Of a stretch of DNA of 46,747 nt, positions 19,437-29,127 are shown in pieces (the first letter of the stretch is position 1; every line of letters begins with the position of its first letter). The notes beneath the pieces are model-generated. The model was not told where the DNA came from. It searched no databases and worked only from the letters and a program-made list of their open reading frames with translations. Where the stretch lies: contig CAXGUD010000028.1 in the NCBI GenBank assembly GCA_964012805.1, positions 1 through 46,747 on the forward strand. Reading direction: 5' to 3'. This DNA comes from an uncultured Bacteriovoracaceae bacterium (lineage in GTDB: Bacteria > Bdellovibrionota > Bacteriovoracia > Bacteriovoracales > Bacteriovoracaceae). Made by a program: the position numbers and the translations under genes.

Positions 19437-19685
19437 TCAATCCGTCACAGACTCTGCCCACCAATCATCTTCGTCACTTTCAGAACCATCAAGGGAGTAC
19501 CTTTTATCAAGCTTCAATTTATAGGATGAAAGCTTTTCGCTGGTAACTGTCTTAAACCTCTCCCTCTCCTTTTCAGTCAAGGAATAGTCTTTCAAAGCCT
19601 CATCTGGGTTTTTTAACAATAGGTCGTGAAAATCTTGGTCTTCATGGGCCCTATCTAGGACCTTTTTTACATCCTTGACTGCCAT
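19437..19685 (-). CDS. NHLP/Os1348 (Franean1_4349)-like small protein, possible RiPP precursor
   Basis: GGAG RBS. VKKVLDRAHEDQDFHDLLLKNPDEALKDYSLTEKE leader-like segment, LDKRYS, then an acidic tail LDGSESDEDDWWAESVTD. Confidence 0.6.
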   Translation of the reverse strand: MAVKDVKKVLDRAHEDQDFHDLLLKNPDEALKDYSLTEKERERFKTVTSEKLSSYKLKLDKRYSLDGSESDEDDWWAESVTD

Positions 19686-19715
19686 AATTAGACTCCATGG
19701 TCCTCTATTATTGGT

Positions 19716-21191
19716 TTAGTCCTTTCCAAACCAATTAAACGGGGCCGGTTTGTGATTTTGAAATATATGTTTCGTTTCCTGATACTCTTCAAGACCTAAG
19801 TGACCTAACTCTCTCCCAACTCCTGACTGCTTGTAACCACCCCAAGGAGCTTCAGTAAAGTAAGTATTAAAGTCATTGACCCAAACTGTTCCAAACCGAA
19901 GTGCCTTTTTTACCCTTTCAATTCTTTCCAAATCATTTGTCCAAAACCCGGCAGAAAGTCCATAAATGGTATCGTTTGCCTTAGTGACGGCCTCTTCTTC
20001 AGTTTCAAATGTCTCGACTGTAATCAGGGGCCCAAAAACTTCTTCCTGAACAATCCGCATCGAGCTATCGCAATCTGTGAAAAGAGTGGGAAGAATAAAG
20101 TGTCCTTTCCTCAAGGCTTCATCTTTTGGCCTTTCTCCACCAACTAAAAGCTTGGCCCCTTCATTTTTGGCCACTTCTATATAAGACTCAATCTTTGAGA
20201 GGTGTTCCTTTGAAATAACAGGCCCCATCTCGGTTCCCTCATCAAAACCATTCCCAAGTTTAATCTTTTCCATTTTGGACTTCAGGGCCTTAATAAAAGG
20301 GCCTGAAATTGATTTTTGGACCATAAGCCTAGTCCCAGCAGAGCAGATTTGCCCTGCATGAAAAAAGACCCCATTTAAGGCGTAATCTACAGCTGTCTCA
20401 AAGTCACAGTCATCAAATATCAGGTGAGGGTTCTTCCCCCCAAGCTCTAAGGCCACTTTTTTAATATTTCCAGAGGCCGCATTCATAATTTTTCGACCGG
20501 TTAAACTACCCCCAGTAAAACTAATGAGATCAACGTCATGGTTTTCTGCCATCTCGGCCCCTACCGTGTGGCCAGGACCAAGAACCAAATTAACCACCCC
20601 AGGTGGATAGCCAGCTTCAACCGCTAGCTCGGTGACTTTTACGGTTGTCAGGGGAGTCAGTTCACTGGGCTTCATAATGATCGTGCATCCAGCGGCAAGG
20701 GCAGGCGCCATTTTCCAGCTCGCCTGAAGTAGCGGGTAGTTCCAAGGAGATATCTGGCCACAAACCCCTATGGGCTCTTTGACCACAATGCTGGTGGAAT
20801 CAGGTATTGGTGACTGGACCTTCTCGGTAAAGTCGTTATCTAGGAGTTTGGCGTAGAATTTGAATATATTGTAGATGTCATCCATGTCCCAACGGCTTTC
20901 TTCCATAGTTTTGCCGGTATTCAATGACTCGAGGTTGGCCAATTCCTCCTTGTCCCTTTTGATGAGTTCTGCCAGCTTTAAAAGTAGGCCCTGCCTTTCT
21001 TTCCTACCGGTTTGCCCCCAGCCTCCATCAAAGGCCTTCCTCGCTTCAGAGATGGCCTTTTTGGCATCCTCTCGGCTTCCCTCAGAAACTTCGGCCACCA
21101 GACTGGCATCATAAGGGTTCTCAATGGACCTCTTTTCACCTGAGAGGGCCTCAACCCACTCCCCACCTATAAACATTTTCTTTTTTAGCAT
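19716..21191 (-). CDS. betB: Aldehyde dehydrogenase, betaine aldehyde dehydrogenase-like (BetB/GbsA)
   Basis: PWNYPL, KPSE, FTGG, catalytic Glu (LELGGKNP), catalytic Cys (GQICSAG), EEVFGP and GGYKQSG. Substrate inferred. Confidence 0.8.
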   Translation of the reverse strand: MLKKKMFIGGEWVEALSGEKRSIENPYDASLVAEVSEGSREDAKKAISEARKAFDGGWGQTGRKERQGLLLKLAELIKRDKEELANLESLNTGKTMEESRWDMDDIYNIFKFYAKLLDNDFTEKVQSPIPDSTSIVVKEPIGVCGQISPWNYPLLQASWKMAPALAAGCTIIMKPSELTPLTTVKVTELAVEAGYPPGVVNLVLGPGHTVGAEMAENHDVDLISFTGGSLTGRKIMNAASGNIKKVALELGGKNPHLIFDDCDFETAVDYALNGVFFHAGQICSAGTRLMVQKSISGPFIKALKSKMEKIKLGNGFDEGTEMGPVISKEHLSKIESYIEVAKNEGAKLLVGGERPKDEALRKGHFILPTLFTDCDSSMRIVQEEVFGPLITVETFETEEEAVTKANDTIYGLSAGFWTNDLERIERVKKALRFGTVWVNDFNTYFTEAPWGGYKQSGVGRELGHLGLEEYQETKHIFQNHKPAPFNWFGKD

Positions 21192-21383
21192 TATGACCTC
21201 AAATTTAGTTTTAAATTTATCCTCTCAAAATTTATTCATTCTTTAAAGTTTCTCTTTACAGAAGTCTTTTTCGGTATTAGAAATTCCCAGCCCAAAATGA
21301 TGGGGTATAAAAATTACAAAAGGGATTTGTTTAAAGAAAAAACTGAATTATAGAAAGTTGTTTTTTTAGATGAGGTAGAGGAA

Positions 21384-21692
21384 ATGAGTGCATTTAATTG
21401 GATTGAAGCCATCTACGGGTCCATGGGGCTTGCTATGATCCTTTTTTATATACCGCAAATTAAAGTCCTGCTAAAGGCGTCCTCCGTTCTTTCGGGCATG
21501 TCGGCACCAACATGGGGATTTTGGTCTTTTGGATATCTGACTCACTTTTTTTATGGATATACCCACCTTAATGATTTGAAATTTTGTATTCTTTCTCTTT
21601 TAAGCGCTTTTTGCTGTTTTACGATCCTTACCATTACCCTCTACAAAAATAGAAAATACAAAAAGGCCAAGAATCATCTTCAAAACGCTTAA
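21384..21692 (+). CDS. PQ-loop / SemiSWEET-like small membrane protein
   Basis: Three hydrophobic helices, FYIPQI (PQ motif), GMS..TW; about 100 aa. Confidence 0.7.
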   Translation: MSAFNWIEAIYGSMGLAMILFYIPQIKVLLKASSVLSGMSAPTWGFWSFGYLTHFFYGYTHLNDLKFCILSLLSAFCCFTILTITLYKNRKYKKAKNHLQNA

Positions 21693-22195
21693 GGCTTGAG
21701 CTTCAAGATCTTACATTTTTTCTCTATAAAGCTTCGAAGCTCAAAACTTGCAACATCAGGTGCCTGAAGTTTTAGTAAATGAAGGGTTCTAGATTCAAGG
21801 TGTTCCATCAAAGCTTCTTTAGGACAATTAACCTGTTCGCCTAGTTTAAATTCAACTAAATCTTCTTTGGAAGCACCTATAACAAAAATTTGTTTAGGCC
21901 CTGGAGAGGACAAGCTTCCCAGAACTCTGTCATAGCGCCTTTTTTTTCTAAGAACAAAGAGCCCAACACGAAAGCCATTCTTTTCCTCAAAGTCTTTCCA
22001 CATAGTATTAAGTTCTCTAATTTCTTTATTTTTTAAACTTTGATAAGGATCGTGAATAAACCTTTCCCCAGAAAGGACTTCATCAACGGAGCCTCTTTCA
22101 TCTGTTGCCCAAAAAATCCAATAGAAGAAAAGTCCAATAAAGCTAGTTAAACAAAAAATGGTTATAAGAAGTATTTTTGTTTTATTTTCTTCCAT
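21689..22195 (-). CDS. Membrane-anchored protein with a possible degenerate TPM domain
   Basis: N-terminal TM helix; IHDPYQSL..ELNTMWKDFEEKNGFRVGLFV resembles the start of a TPM domain. Confidence 0.5.
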   Translation of the reverse strand: MEENKTKILLITIFCLTSFIGLFFYWIFWATDERGSVDEVLSGERFIHDPYQSLKNKEIRELNTMWKDFEEKNGFRVGLFVLRKKRRYDRVLGSLSSPGPKQIFVIGASKEDLVEFKLGEQVNCPKEALMEHLESRTLHLLKLQAPDVASFELRSFIEKKCKILKLKP

Positions 22196-22308
22196 TTTAG
22201 CTTCCTTTTGTAAGAAAAATATTAAACCACGGCCCTAAATATATGTCATTTCATCGATAAAACCACAGAAGGAGTATAATAGATGTGGTTACTGAAAGGA
22301 CTTAGCAA

Positions 22309-24531
22309 ATGACTAACAATAATTTTCCTAAATTCCTTCAAATGATCCTTTTGGTTTGTCTAAACCTGGCCCTCTTTTTCCCTACACCTTCTTTATCTCA
22401 AGAAGAGGGTTCATTAAAGCTTATTCTCTTTACTTCAACCAAATGTGTCTCCTGCCAGCCCGCAACGAACTACCTTTTGGACAAAAAAGTAAAGGATGGG
22501 TTTGTTGATTTATTTTATGAAGGGGAAAAAAGGGCCATACCACTAGAAGTGATCGACCCTTTTTACATTTCAAACAAAGAACTCAGGGAACTCGGGCTTC
22601 AAAATTTTCCAAAAATCCCTTTTTTGGGACTCTTTGATAAAAACCCTTTTCTTTCTAATCAACTCTTTCTTATAAAGGGTCATACCCTTAATGACTTTTC
22701 TGATTTTGACCGCGGGATTCTGAAAGAGAGGGCCAAAAAATTGGGTCAAAACTATTTTCACATTAGGGAGGAGGAAGCCCTTGAAGATTACAAAGAGCGG
22801 ATGAATGAATTTTTAGAGCTTAACGTCCCTCTTTTAGAAAGAATTATTCAAAAAGGTATAGAGGCCGCCTATCATGATATTAAGTCTAGTTATTTTAAAA
22901 AAAATGACCCTTACCCTCTGAGTTTAGAAATAGGTCAAGATCTAAAATTGGATCAAAAAGAACTTTTAAAGCTTAACATCATCTTTATAGGAAATGCAGA
23001 CAACCCTTTTAATAACCCCCTCTTCACTCCTATTGTCCTTGAAACAATTAAAACGGACCTTGAAACTAATTTAAATTTTAACCATATTACACAAAGCATT
23101 ACTCTTTTTGGCAGTGGACACGAAAGCGCAAGAGATGTCTTTCAGATAACTGAAAACCAGGAGGCACGTCTTATAAGCCGCCAACCCCAAAGTGGTTCGC
23201 ATGGTTCATTCAACAGAAAAAACCTCTCGATCATCTTTGAAAATTCCTTTAATAAGAATCCAAGTGAAAAGAAAAAAAGACTTTTTATTATGGTTGGACA
23301 TGGAGCAAAGGAAGGCGCACTTTTATGGTTTGAAAAAGAAAAGCTCAAAAAAAATGAACTTAAGGCCTTTCATATTAAATCAAAATCAACAAACGTTATG
23401 ATCAGTGGAACTTGTTACGGAGGGCAATTTTACGACTCTGTAAGCTGTGGTTTTTTTGGGGCACACCCTAAGACTCCTGCCGTCGGCTGCTGGGCCTATG
23501 AAGACCATATTATTTCTAAAACAGATTATACAAGGACATTTTTTTCCTCATTAAATCAAAAAAGTAAGGGAACCGCTGATTTTAACAATGATGGGGACCT
23601 TTCCCTTGAAGAAATGCATTGGCATGCTCTCCTTAATGGACCTAAGGAGGATCTCCCCTTTACTTCTATAGACGGACTTGCAAGAAGATTTTTTAGGAGT
23701 CATCAAATGGCCTTCAAAAATTTAAAAAAGATGAAAAGTTATGAAGAACTTTTAAATTATGCCACCCCAGGGGAAAAAGCAGTTCTACACTCTTTATCAA
23801 AAAATCTAAAAAGAATTAGAAAAATTGATTTCCAGGAAACAATTATAAAAAAAATAAAAACAAAAAGTAGAATCTCTCTTTCTTTAAAAATAAATAACCT
23901 CAACCCATATGACTCAGATTCTATTTTTCAATTTTCGAATGTAGACAGACAAAAAATAAAAAAGTTAATTAAAAGTCAAATGAAGAAAAAATTTAAAAGC
24001 GATCCTAGTCATATCTCTTTTAAAAAAATAGGTTCTAAAATTCTTTACCGAGTCTTTTTTCATTCAGGAGAAAAAATGAAGTTTTACAATAACTTTAAAT
24101 GGGCTTCTTCTGGCCGTTTAGAGGGATCCTTTTTTGAGATTAATCTTTCCAAAAAGGAGAAAAAACAACTTTCAAAAAGCAAATATACAAAATTTTTAAC
24201 ATCAAAAAACTTCAAACTCGTCCCCAAAAAGTGGAAAAGAATAAAAAAAGACTACACAAACCCTCAGCTTTTAAAAGAGTTTATGAGAGTTAGTGAAAAA
24301 GGGAACCTTATAACTGTTGGTATAAAATATAAAAATAAATTAGACCCCTGGCCTAAAATAAAAATTCTGGGGACCGTCCAAAATCCCCTCCCAAAATACC
24401 GTATGGCTTTACCACAGCTCATAAAGAGGCTCTACTTTAAAAAGGTTGTAAAAGATTACCCTTTTTATTTTTCGAAATTTAAATCTTTCCAAAGCTGTGA
24501 GCAGCAAAAAATTGAAGACTTCCTAAATTAA
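22309..24531 (+). CDS. Secreted protein with a thioredoxin-like CxxC region and a clan CD (C13-like) cysteine peptidase domain
   Basis: Signal peptide, LFTSTKCVSC, MVGHG (His), ISGTCYGGQF (Cys), PAVGC, EF-hand-like DFNNDGDLSLEE and a Lys-rich C-terminus. Confidence 0.65.
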   Translation: MTNNNFPKFLQMILLVCLNLALFFPTPSLSQEEGSLKLILFTSTKCVSCQPATNYLLDKKVKDGFVDLFYEGEKRAIPLEVIDPFYISNKELRELGLQNFPKIPFLGLFDKNPFLSNQLFLIKGHTLNDFSDFDRGILKERAKKLGQNYFHIREEEALEDYKERMNEFLELNVPLLERIIQKGIEAAYHDIKSSYFKKNDPYPLSLEIGQDLKLDQKELLKLNIIFIGNADNPFNNPLFTPIVLETIKTDLETNLNFNHITQSITLFGSGHESARDVFQITENQEARLISRQPQSGSHGSFNRKNLSIIFENSFNKNPSEKKKRLFIMVGHGAKEGALLWFEKEKLKKNELKAFHIKSKSTNVMISGTCYGGQFYDSVSCGFFGAHPKTPAVGCWAYEDHIISKTDYTRTFFSSLNQKSKGTADFNNDGDLSLEEMHWHALLNGPKEDLPFTSIDGLARRFFRSHQMAFKNLKKMKSYEELLNYATPGEKAVLHSLSKNLKRIRKIDFQETIIKKIKTKSRISLSLKINNLNPYDSDSIFQFSNVDRQKIKKLIKSQMKKKFKSDPSHISFKKIGSKILYRVFFHSGEKMKFYNNFKWASSGRLEGSFFEINLSKKEKKQLSKSKYTKFLTSKNFKLVPKKWKRIKKDYTNPQLLKEFMRVSEKGNLITVGIKYKNKLDPWPKIKILGTVQNPLPKYRMALPQLIKRLYFKKVVKDYPFYFSKFKSFQSCEQQKIEDFLN

Positions 24532-24722
24532 GGAACAAATCAATCATTTTGATCAAAAAATATTCCATCTAGACTCGACTCAAATGATTCAGGATAATTA
24601 ACCAAAAGCTTCTAAAAAAAGACCATTTGAAAAAGCCAAGCAGTTCATCCTAGGTACTTGTTAGATTATAAATTGTTAAAGAGCGATAAAAAAATTGAAA
24701 CTCTTAAACTGGAATAAAGTCG

Positions 24723-25853
24723 TTGGAAAACCAAAAATCAGGAATTTCAATAGGTAAAAGAAAAAGCGGTTTCTTACTGTTCATAACTTCTCTTTTAGTT
24801 CTTTTATTTTTTATCCTTATTTTTCTTTCCAGGAATAACCATCAATTTCAAGATAGAATATTTAAAGCGGCTTTAAAGCAAAGGGTTCAACTTCCTAGAG
24901 CTGATTTAGGAGGAGAAAAAAACCTCGATATCGTTTTTTGTGGCTCTGGGTCTCCATTCCCTGACCCCATAAATAAAAGAGGTCAACCTTGCCTGGCCGT
25001 CTTTGCAAAAAACCACTTTTTCCTCTTCGATGCGGGGTCCAACTCGGCGGTCAAGCTCGCCATTTACAGGCTCCCTCTTCAAAAACTAAGCCAAGTGTTT
25101 TTTACCCACCTCCATTCTGATCATTTTAGCGGACTTGGAGAAGTCAGACTTTTAACCTGGCTCCAGGGTAAAAAGTCTGCCTTAAAAGTCCTAGGTCCCA
25201 ACGGAACAAAAAGAACTGTAGAGGCTTACAAAGAAGCTTATTTCATAGACAGCACATTTAGAATCGCCCACCATGGAGCAGATTTTTTAAATCCATCAGG
25301 GACAACTTACCAGACTCAGGAAATCCAGTTTTCAAAAGAAGAAAAAAGCAAGATTGTTTTTGAAGATGGTCCTTTAAAAATAACTGCTTTCTTAGTTGAC
25401 CACTCACCCATAACGCACGCTTTTGGTTACAGAGTGGACTTTGGAGACCGCTCTTTAACAATTAGTGGGGATAGTATTAAACACCCAAACATTATTAAAT
25501 TTTCTAAAAACGCTGATGTCCTGGTTCACGAAGCTTTAAACCCCATGATGGTTAAAGGACTTGAAAAAAGGTTTAATGAAATAGGTAATAAACTAGCTGC
25601 CAAACTTATGGGGGATATCCTAGACTATCATACCTCACCCCTTGAGGCGGCTGAAACGGCCAACGAAGCCAAAGCAGAACTTCTTGTCCTCACTCATATT
25701 GTCCCTCCGCTTCCTAATGCCTTAGTTGAGAGGATTTTTTTAAGGAAAGCTTCTAAAATAAGGAAAAAAGATACCATTTTGGCCTTCGATGGCCTGCACC
25801 TAAGGCTTCCACTAGGAAAGAAAACCATTCTCAAAGGAGATTTTAGGCCTTAG
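24723..25853 (+). CDS. Membrane-anchored RNase Z-like metallo-beta-lactamase fold hydrolase
   Basis: CGSGSP, FDAG, THLHSDH, SGDS, VHEA, YHTSP and LTHIVP motifs; N-terminal TM. TTG start uncertain. Confidence 0.85.
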   Translation: MENQKSGISIGKRKSGFLLFITSLLVLLFFILIFLSRNNHQFQDRIFKAALKQRVQLPRADLGGEKNLDIVFCGSGSPFPDPINKRGQPCLAVFAKNHFFLFDAGSNSAVKLAIYRLPLQKLSQVFFTHLHSDHFSGLGEVRLLTWLQGKKSALKVLGPNGTKRTVEAYKEAYFIDSTFRIAHHGADFLNPSGTTYQTQEIQFSKEEKSKIVFEDGPLKITAFLVDHSPITHAFGYRVDFGDRSLTISGDSIKHPNIIKFSKNADVLVHEALNPMMVKGLEKRFNEIGNKLAAKLMGDILDYHTSPLEAAETANEAKAELLVLTHIVPPLPNALVERIFLRKASKIRKKDTILAFDGLHLRLPLGKKTILKGDFRP

Positions 25854-25932
25854 GCGGTTTTTAATGCGTGGATAAACTGGTTACCCAAATTTTCCCTTTG
25901 AATTTTACAGTTTTCGAGTATACTTGCTGACT

Positions 25933-26061
25933 ATGGAAGTAATAAAAAATATCCTCACCTTTTTTGGTCAATTAATCGCGATTATCCTTGTAGGGCTAGG
26001 CATTGTCCTACCCGCCTCGATTCCCCTTCTTATTGTGGTTGGCTTTTTTGTCGATAAGTAA
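25933..26061 (+). CDS. 42-aa hydrophobic small membrane protein (not in the ORF track)
   Basis: MEVIKNILTFFGQLIAIILVGLGIVLPASIPLLIVVGFFVDK*. TATACT lies 8 nt upstream; the stop overlaps the start region of the next gene. Confidence 0.5.
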   Translation: MEVIKNILTFFGQLIAIILVGLGIVLPASIPLLIVVGFFVDK

Positions 26062-27346
26062 GGTCCCAAAAGAAAAGAAAGTAGTTATTATTGGAGGAGG
26101 ACCAACGGGTCTTTTTGCTGCTTATGAGCTTCTTGAAAAAGGCCTTACCGTCGAGCTTTACGACCAAATGACTGCTGTGGGTAAAAAGTTTCTCGTCGCA
26201 GGTCATGGTGGGCTCAATCTTACTCACAGCGAAAGTCTACCGACCTTCACTTCAAAGTATGGAAAAGATGCTGCGCGGTTTAAGCCTTGGTTAGAAAACT
26301 TCTCTCCTAAAGATCTTAGAGAGTGGTGCCAAAAGCTGGGTGTTGAAACTTTTGTAGGAACAAGTGGAAGGGTTTTTCCTCAAAAATTTAAGGCCGGAGA
26401 AATGCTTATTCTTTGGTTGAAAAAATTAAAGGAGAATCCCAAATTTAAACTCTTTACCAAACACCGCCTCCAACAAATAGAAACAAATAATAAAAAGTTT
26501 GGGCAGGAGAAGAACCATCCAAAAGCGACTCTTATTTTTGAATCAGAACATCAAAAAGTCTCTGTTCCTATTTTTGAAAAAGAAACGGCAGTCTTGTTTT
26601 CTCTTGGAGGGGGGAGTTGGTCAAAAACTGGAAGTGATGGTTTTTGGATTGAAGCCTTTCAAACCTTAGATCTTTCGGTAGCCCCTTTTAAATCGATGAA
26701 TTCAGGTTTTGAATGCAATTGGAGTCCTCATTTTAAAAATAAGGCACAATTCAAACCTCTAAAAAATATTTCCCTATCTTTTCAAAACCAAACATCTAGG
26801 GGAGAGCTCATGATCACGCCCTATGGTATAGAAGGCGGGGCACTTTATCCTTTAAGCGGAATTTTGAGAGATGAAATAGAAAGAAAACAAAAATCAAATA
26901 CTGAAACAGGAGCGGAAGTCGAACTAGACCTTTACCCTGATCTCAATACAGAGGAAATCGTTGAGAGGTTAAGTAAACCTCGTGGTAAAAACTCTCTTTC
27001 AAACCATTTAAGAAAGAAAATTAAGCTCGGCCCACTGGCCTTTTCGCTTTTGAAAGATGTCAGCCCAAAAGATATCTTTAAAGATAATAAACTTTTGGCC
27101 AATAACTTAAAAAAGCTTCCCATACAGCTCTTTAAAATAAGACCTCTTGAAGAATCTATTTCCACTTCAGGTGGCCTTACTTTTAATAACCTTGATGACT
27201 CCCTTATGATTTCTTCTCTGCCTGGCTTCTTTGCAGCAGGAGAAATGCTTGATTGGGAAGCCCCAACTGGGGGCTATCTTTTACAAGGTTGCTTTTCAAC
27301 GGCATACCATGTTTCCGAGAGCATTTTTTCTTACTTCACCTCTTAA
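26048..27346 (+). CDS. HI0933/BaiN-like flavoprotein (TIGR03862-type)
   Basis: IIGGGPTG FAD motif, GKKFLVAGHGGLNLT, GTSGRVFP, GIEGG, ISTSGG, AGEMLDWEAPTGGYLLQ. Start is TTG 26048 or 26003. Confidence 0.88.
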   Translation: MSISKVPKEKKVVIIGGGPTGLFAAYELLEKGLTVELYDQMTAVGKKFLVAGHGGLNLTHSESLPTFTSKYGKDAARFKPWLENFSPKDLREWCQKLGVETFVGTSGRVFPQKFKAGEMLILWLKKLKENPKFKLFTKHRLQQIETNNKKFGQEKNHPKATLIFESEHQKVSVPIFEKETAVLFSLGGGSWSKTGSDGFWIEAFQTLDLSVAPFKSMNSGFECNWSPHFKNKAQFKPLKNISLSFQNQTSRGELMITPYGIEGGALYPLSGILRDEIERKQKSNTETGAEVELDLYPDLNTEEIVERLSKPRGKNSLSNHLRKKIKLGPLAFSLLKDVSPKDIFKDNKLLANNLKKLPIQLFKIRPLEESISTSGGLTFNNLDDSLMISSLPGFFAAGEMLDWEAPTGGYLLQGCFSTAYHVSESIFSYFTS

Positions 27347-27577
27347 AAGCCATTTAACTTTAAAAGAAGCCTCCTTTTTCCTATAAATTTAAACGATGAG
27401 CTATATATAAAACTTAAAAAATTTCTCAAGAAGACAATTACTTAGTTAATTACCTAATTAAGGAATAAGTTATATAATTGCAGAAAAATATAAATCAACG
27501 CATTTGAGGAGTGACCCTTTTGTAAAAAAATTATTTAAAGCTATAGAAGAAAAGAATTTAATTCCTTCTATAATACC

Positions 27578-27913
27578 TTACCCAAAAGTAAAAAGTAATA
27601 TAGAAAACACCATCAAAGTAGATGAAGGCAACATTTCAATGAGAGGATTCTTAGTTTTTATATGAGTTATAACTGCTGCTAACATTAGAATACCAAGAGA
27701 CACACTTCCTAATTTGAAAATTAAAGGATTAGAGCTTTGAATGAGAATAACTGATGTAAGCTTAAGAATTCCCACAAAGTCTCTTAGTTTATCTGAGTAT
27801 CCATATTTTTTAAATTCTTGGACAATGTTTTCATACCTTACAAACCAAACAAAAAAAACGGATGACAAAGTAATTACCTTTAAAACTTCCAAAGAATTAC
27901 TTAAATTAAGCAT
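27578..27913 (-). CDS. DoxX family membrane protein
   Basis: EFKKYGY..LRDFVGILKL and MLAAVITHIKTKNP; four TM helices; GGAGGA RBS. Confidence 0.75.
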   Translation of the reverse strand: MLNLSNSLEVLKVITLSSVFFVWFVRYENIVQEFKKYGYSDKLRDFVGILKLTSVILIQSSNPLIFKLGSVSLGILMLAAVITHIKTKNPLIEMLPSSTLMVFSILLFTFG

Positions 27914-27965
27914 AATTCCTCCTTTACCATTTTGATTTAATTTTTTCTCATATAAACTTTAATTT

Positions 27966-28313
27966 ATGATTTTAAGTTTGACCATTTTAAATAGCATCAT
28001 TTTCTTCATTTACGGAAGCCTCTGTATCTTTAATGAACATATGGTTGATGAGTTCAAAGAGTTCAATTTAAGTAAATACCGAATAATGACTGGAATTTTA
28101 GAGATCTGCGGTGCTTTAGGCTCTTTAATTGGTTATTTTTGGTACTCCCCTCTTTATATTTTTTCCACTACAGGTTTAGCAGTACTAATGTTTCTTGGTG
28201 TTTATACGAGAATACGAGTAAAACAACCTTTGCAAAAAAGTATGCAAGCATTCAGCCTATTTCTCTTGAATACATTTCTTAGTTATGAAAAGTTTGTGAA
28301 AGACTTTTTTTAA
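27966..28313 (+). CDS. DoxX family membrane protein
   Basis: FFIYG, MVDEF, TGILEICGALG and LMFLGVYTRIRVK; four TM helices. Confidence 0.75.
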   Translation: MILSLTILNSIIFFIYGSLCIFNEHMVDEFKEFNLSKYRIMTGILEICGALGSLIGYFWYSPLYIFSTTGLAVLMFLGVYTRIRVKQPLQKSMQAFSLFLLNTFLSYEKFVKDFF

Positions 28314-28544
28314 TTTCTTACGTTTTACTATCATTAAAAAAATGACATCCTTAAATTAAGTATGATTTAAATTTTTTAAATCCCTCTCATAGGTCCTTAT
28401 TTAAGCAGTTTTCACCTGATACTCTCCTGATTTGCTTTTCAATAAATAGACAAAAATTGAACAGTTCTGTGTATAGGGTTTGATTTATCGGTAAATTGAA
28501 CAACTTATACGATAATGTCTACTGTAATAACAAGGAGCCGAATA

Positions 28545-29027
28545 ATGAAAAACAAGCTTAGAGTTGGAGATTACTTGGCCCGTAAAAAAACTCATCAGGG
28601 TGATAATGGTGAGAGGTTTGAAGTAATTTCAATATCCGAAAATAGCGTTAGAGTTCTTAATTTAAAAAATGCTTGGGAAATTCTTGAATTAAGTTGGGAC
28701 AATTTAGAGAATAACTTCTGTGGTGAAGAAAACATTAAAGATAAAATGCACAGTATTGAAAATGTAGTTAAAAAGATTCAAAAAAGTCTTAAAATTAAAG
28801 AGTTTGATGGAGCTAAAATTGACCTTGGAAAAATTGAAGCTGTTATCTTTCCCATTTATGAAGATCTTCTAAAATTAATTGTTTTTGAAAGAAAAACATG
28901 GGCAGGAGAAATTAAAACGAGTTCGTATAACCTTCCAAGTGATATTAATGACCTCAAAGAAGCTTACCCAATATTATCAAAAAACATCTGGGATTTTTCT
29001 AAAAGTGAAGGTGAAGAGGCTTTATAA
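28545..29027 (+). CDS. Hypothetical protein
   Basis: AAGGAG RBS before ATG 28545 (preferred over 28515); N-terminal LRVGD..FEVISI small beta domain. Confidence 0.65.
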   Translation: MKNKLRVGDYLARKKTHQGDNGERFEVISISENSVRVLNLKNAWEILELSWDNLENNFCGEENIKDKMHSIENVVKKIQKSLKIKEFDGAKIDLGKIEAVIFPIYEDLLKLIVFERKTWAGEIKTSSYNLPSDINDLKEAYPILSKNIWDFSKSEGEEAL

Positions 29028-29080
29028 TTTTAATTTTTTTTAACTACATAGATTAAAGGTCAAAAAATCAAAGGTTTAAG

Positions 29081-29127
29081 AAGAGCTCTCAAAATATTCA
29101 ATCACAAATTGAATTCAGAGAGCTCTT
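29081..29127. other. Two-tier hairpin downstream of the hypothetical gene
   Basis: Outer stem AAGAGCTCTC/GAGAGCTCTT, inner stem ATTCAAT/ATTGAAT. Confidence 0.55.
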
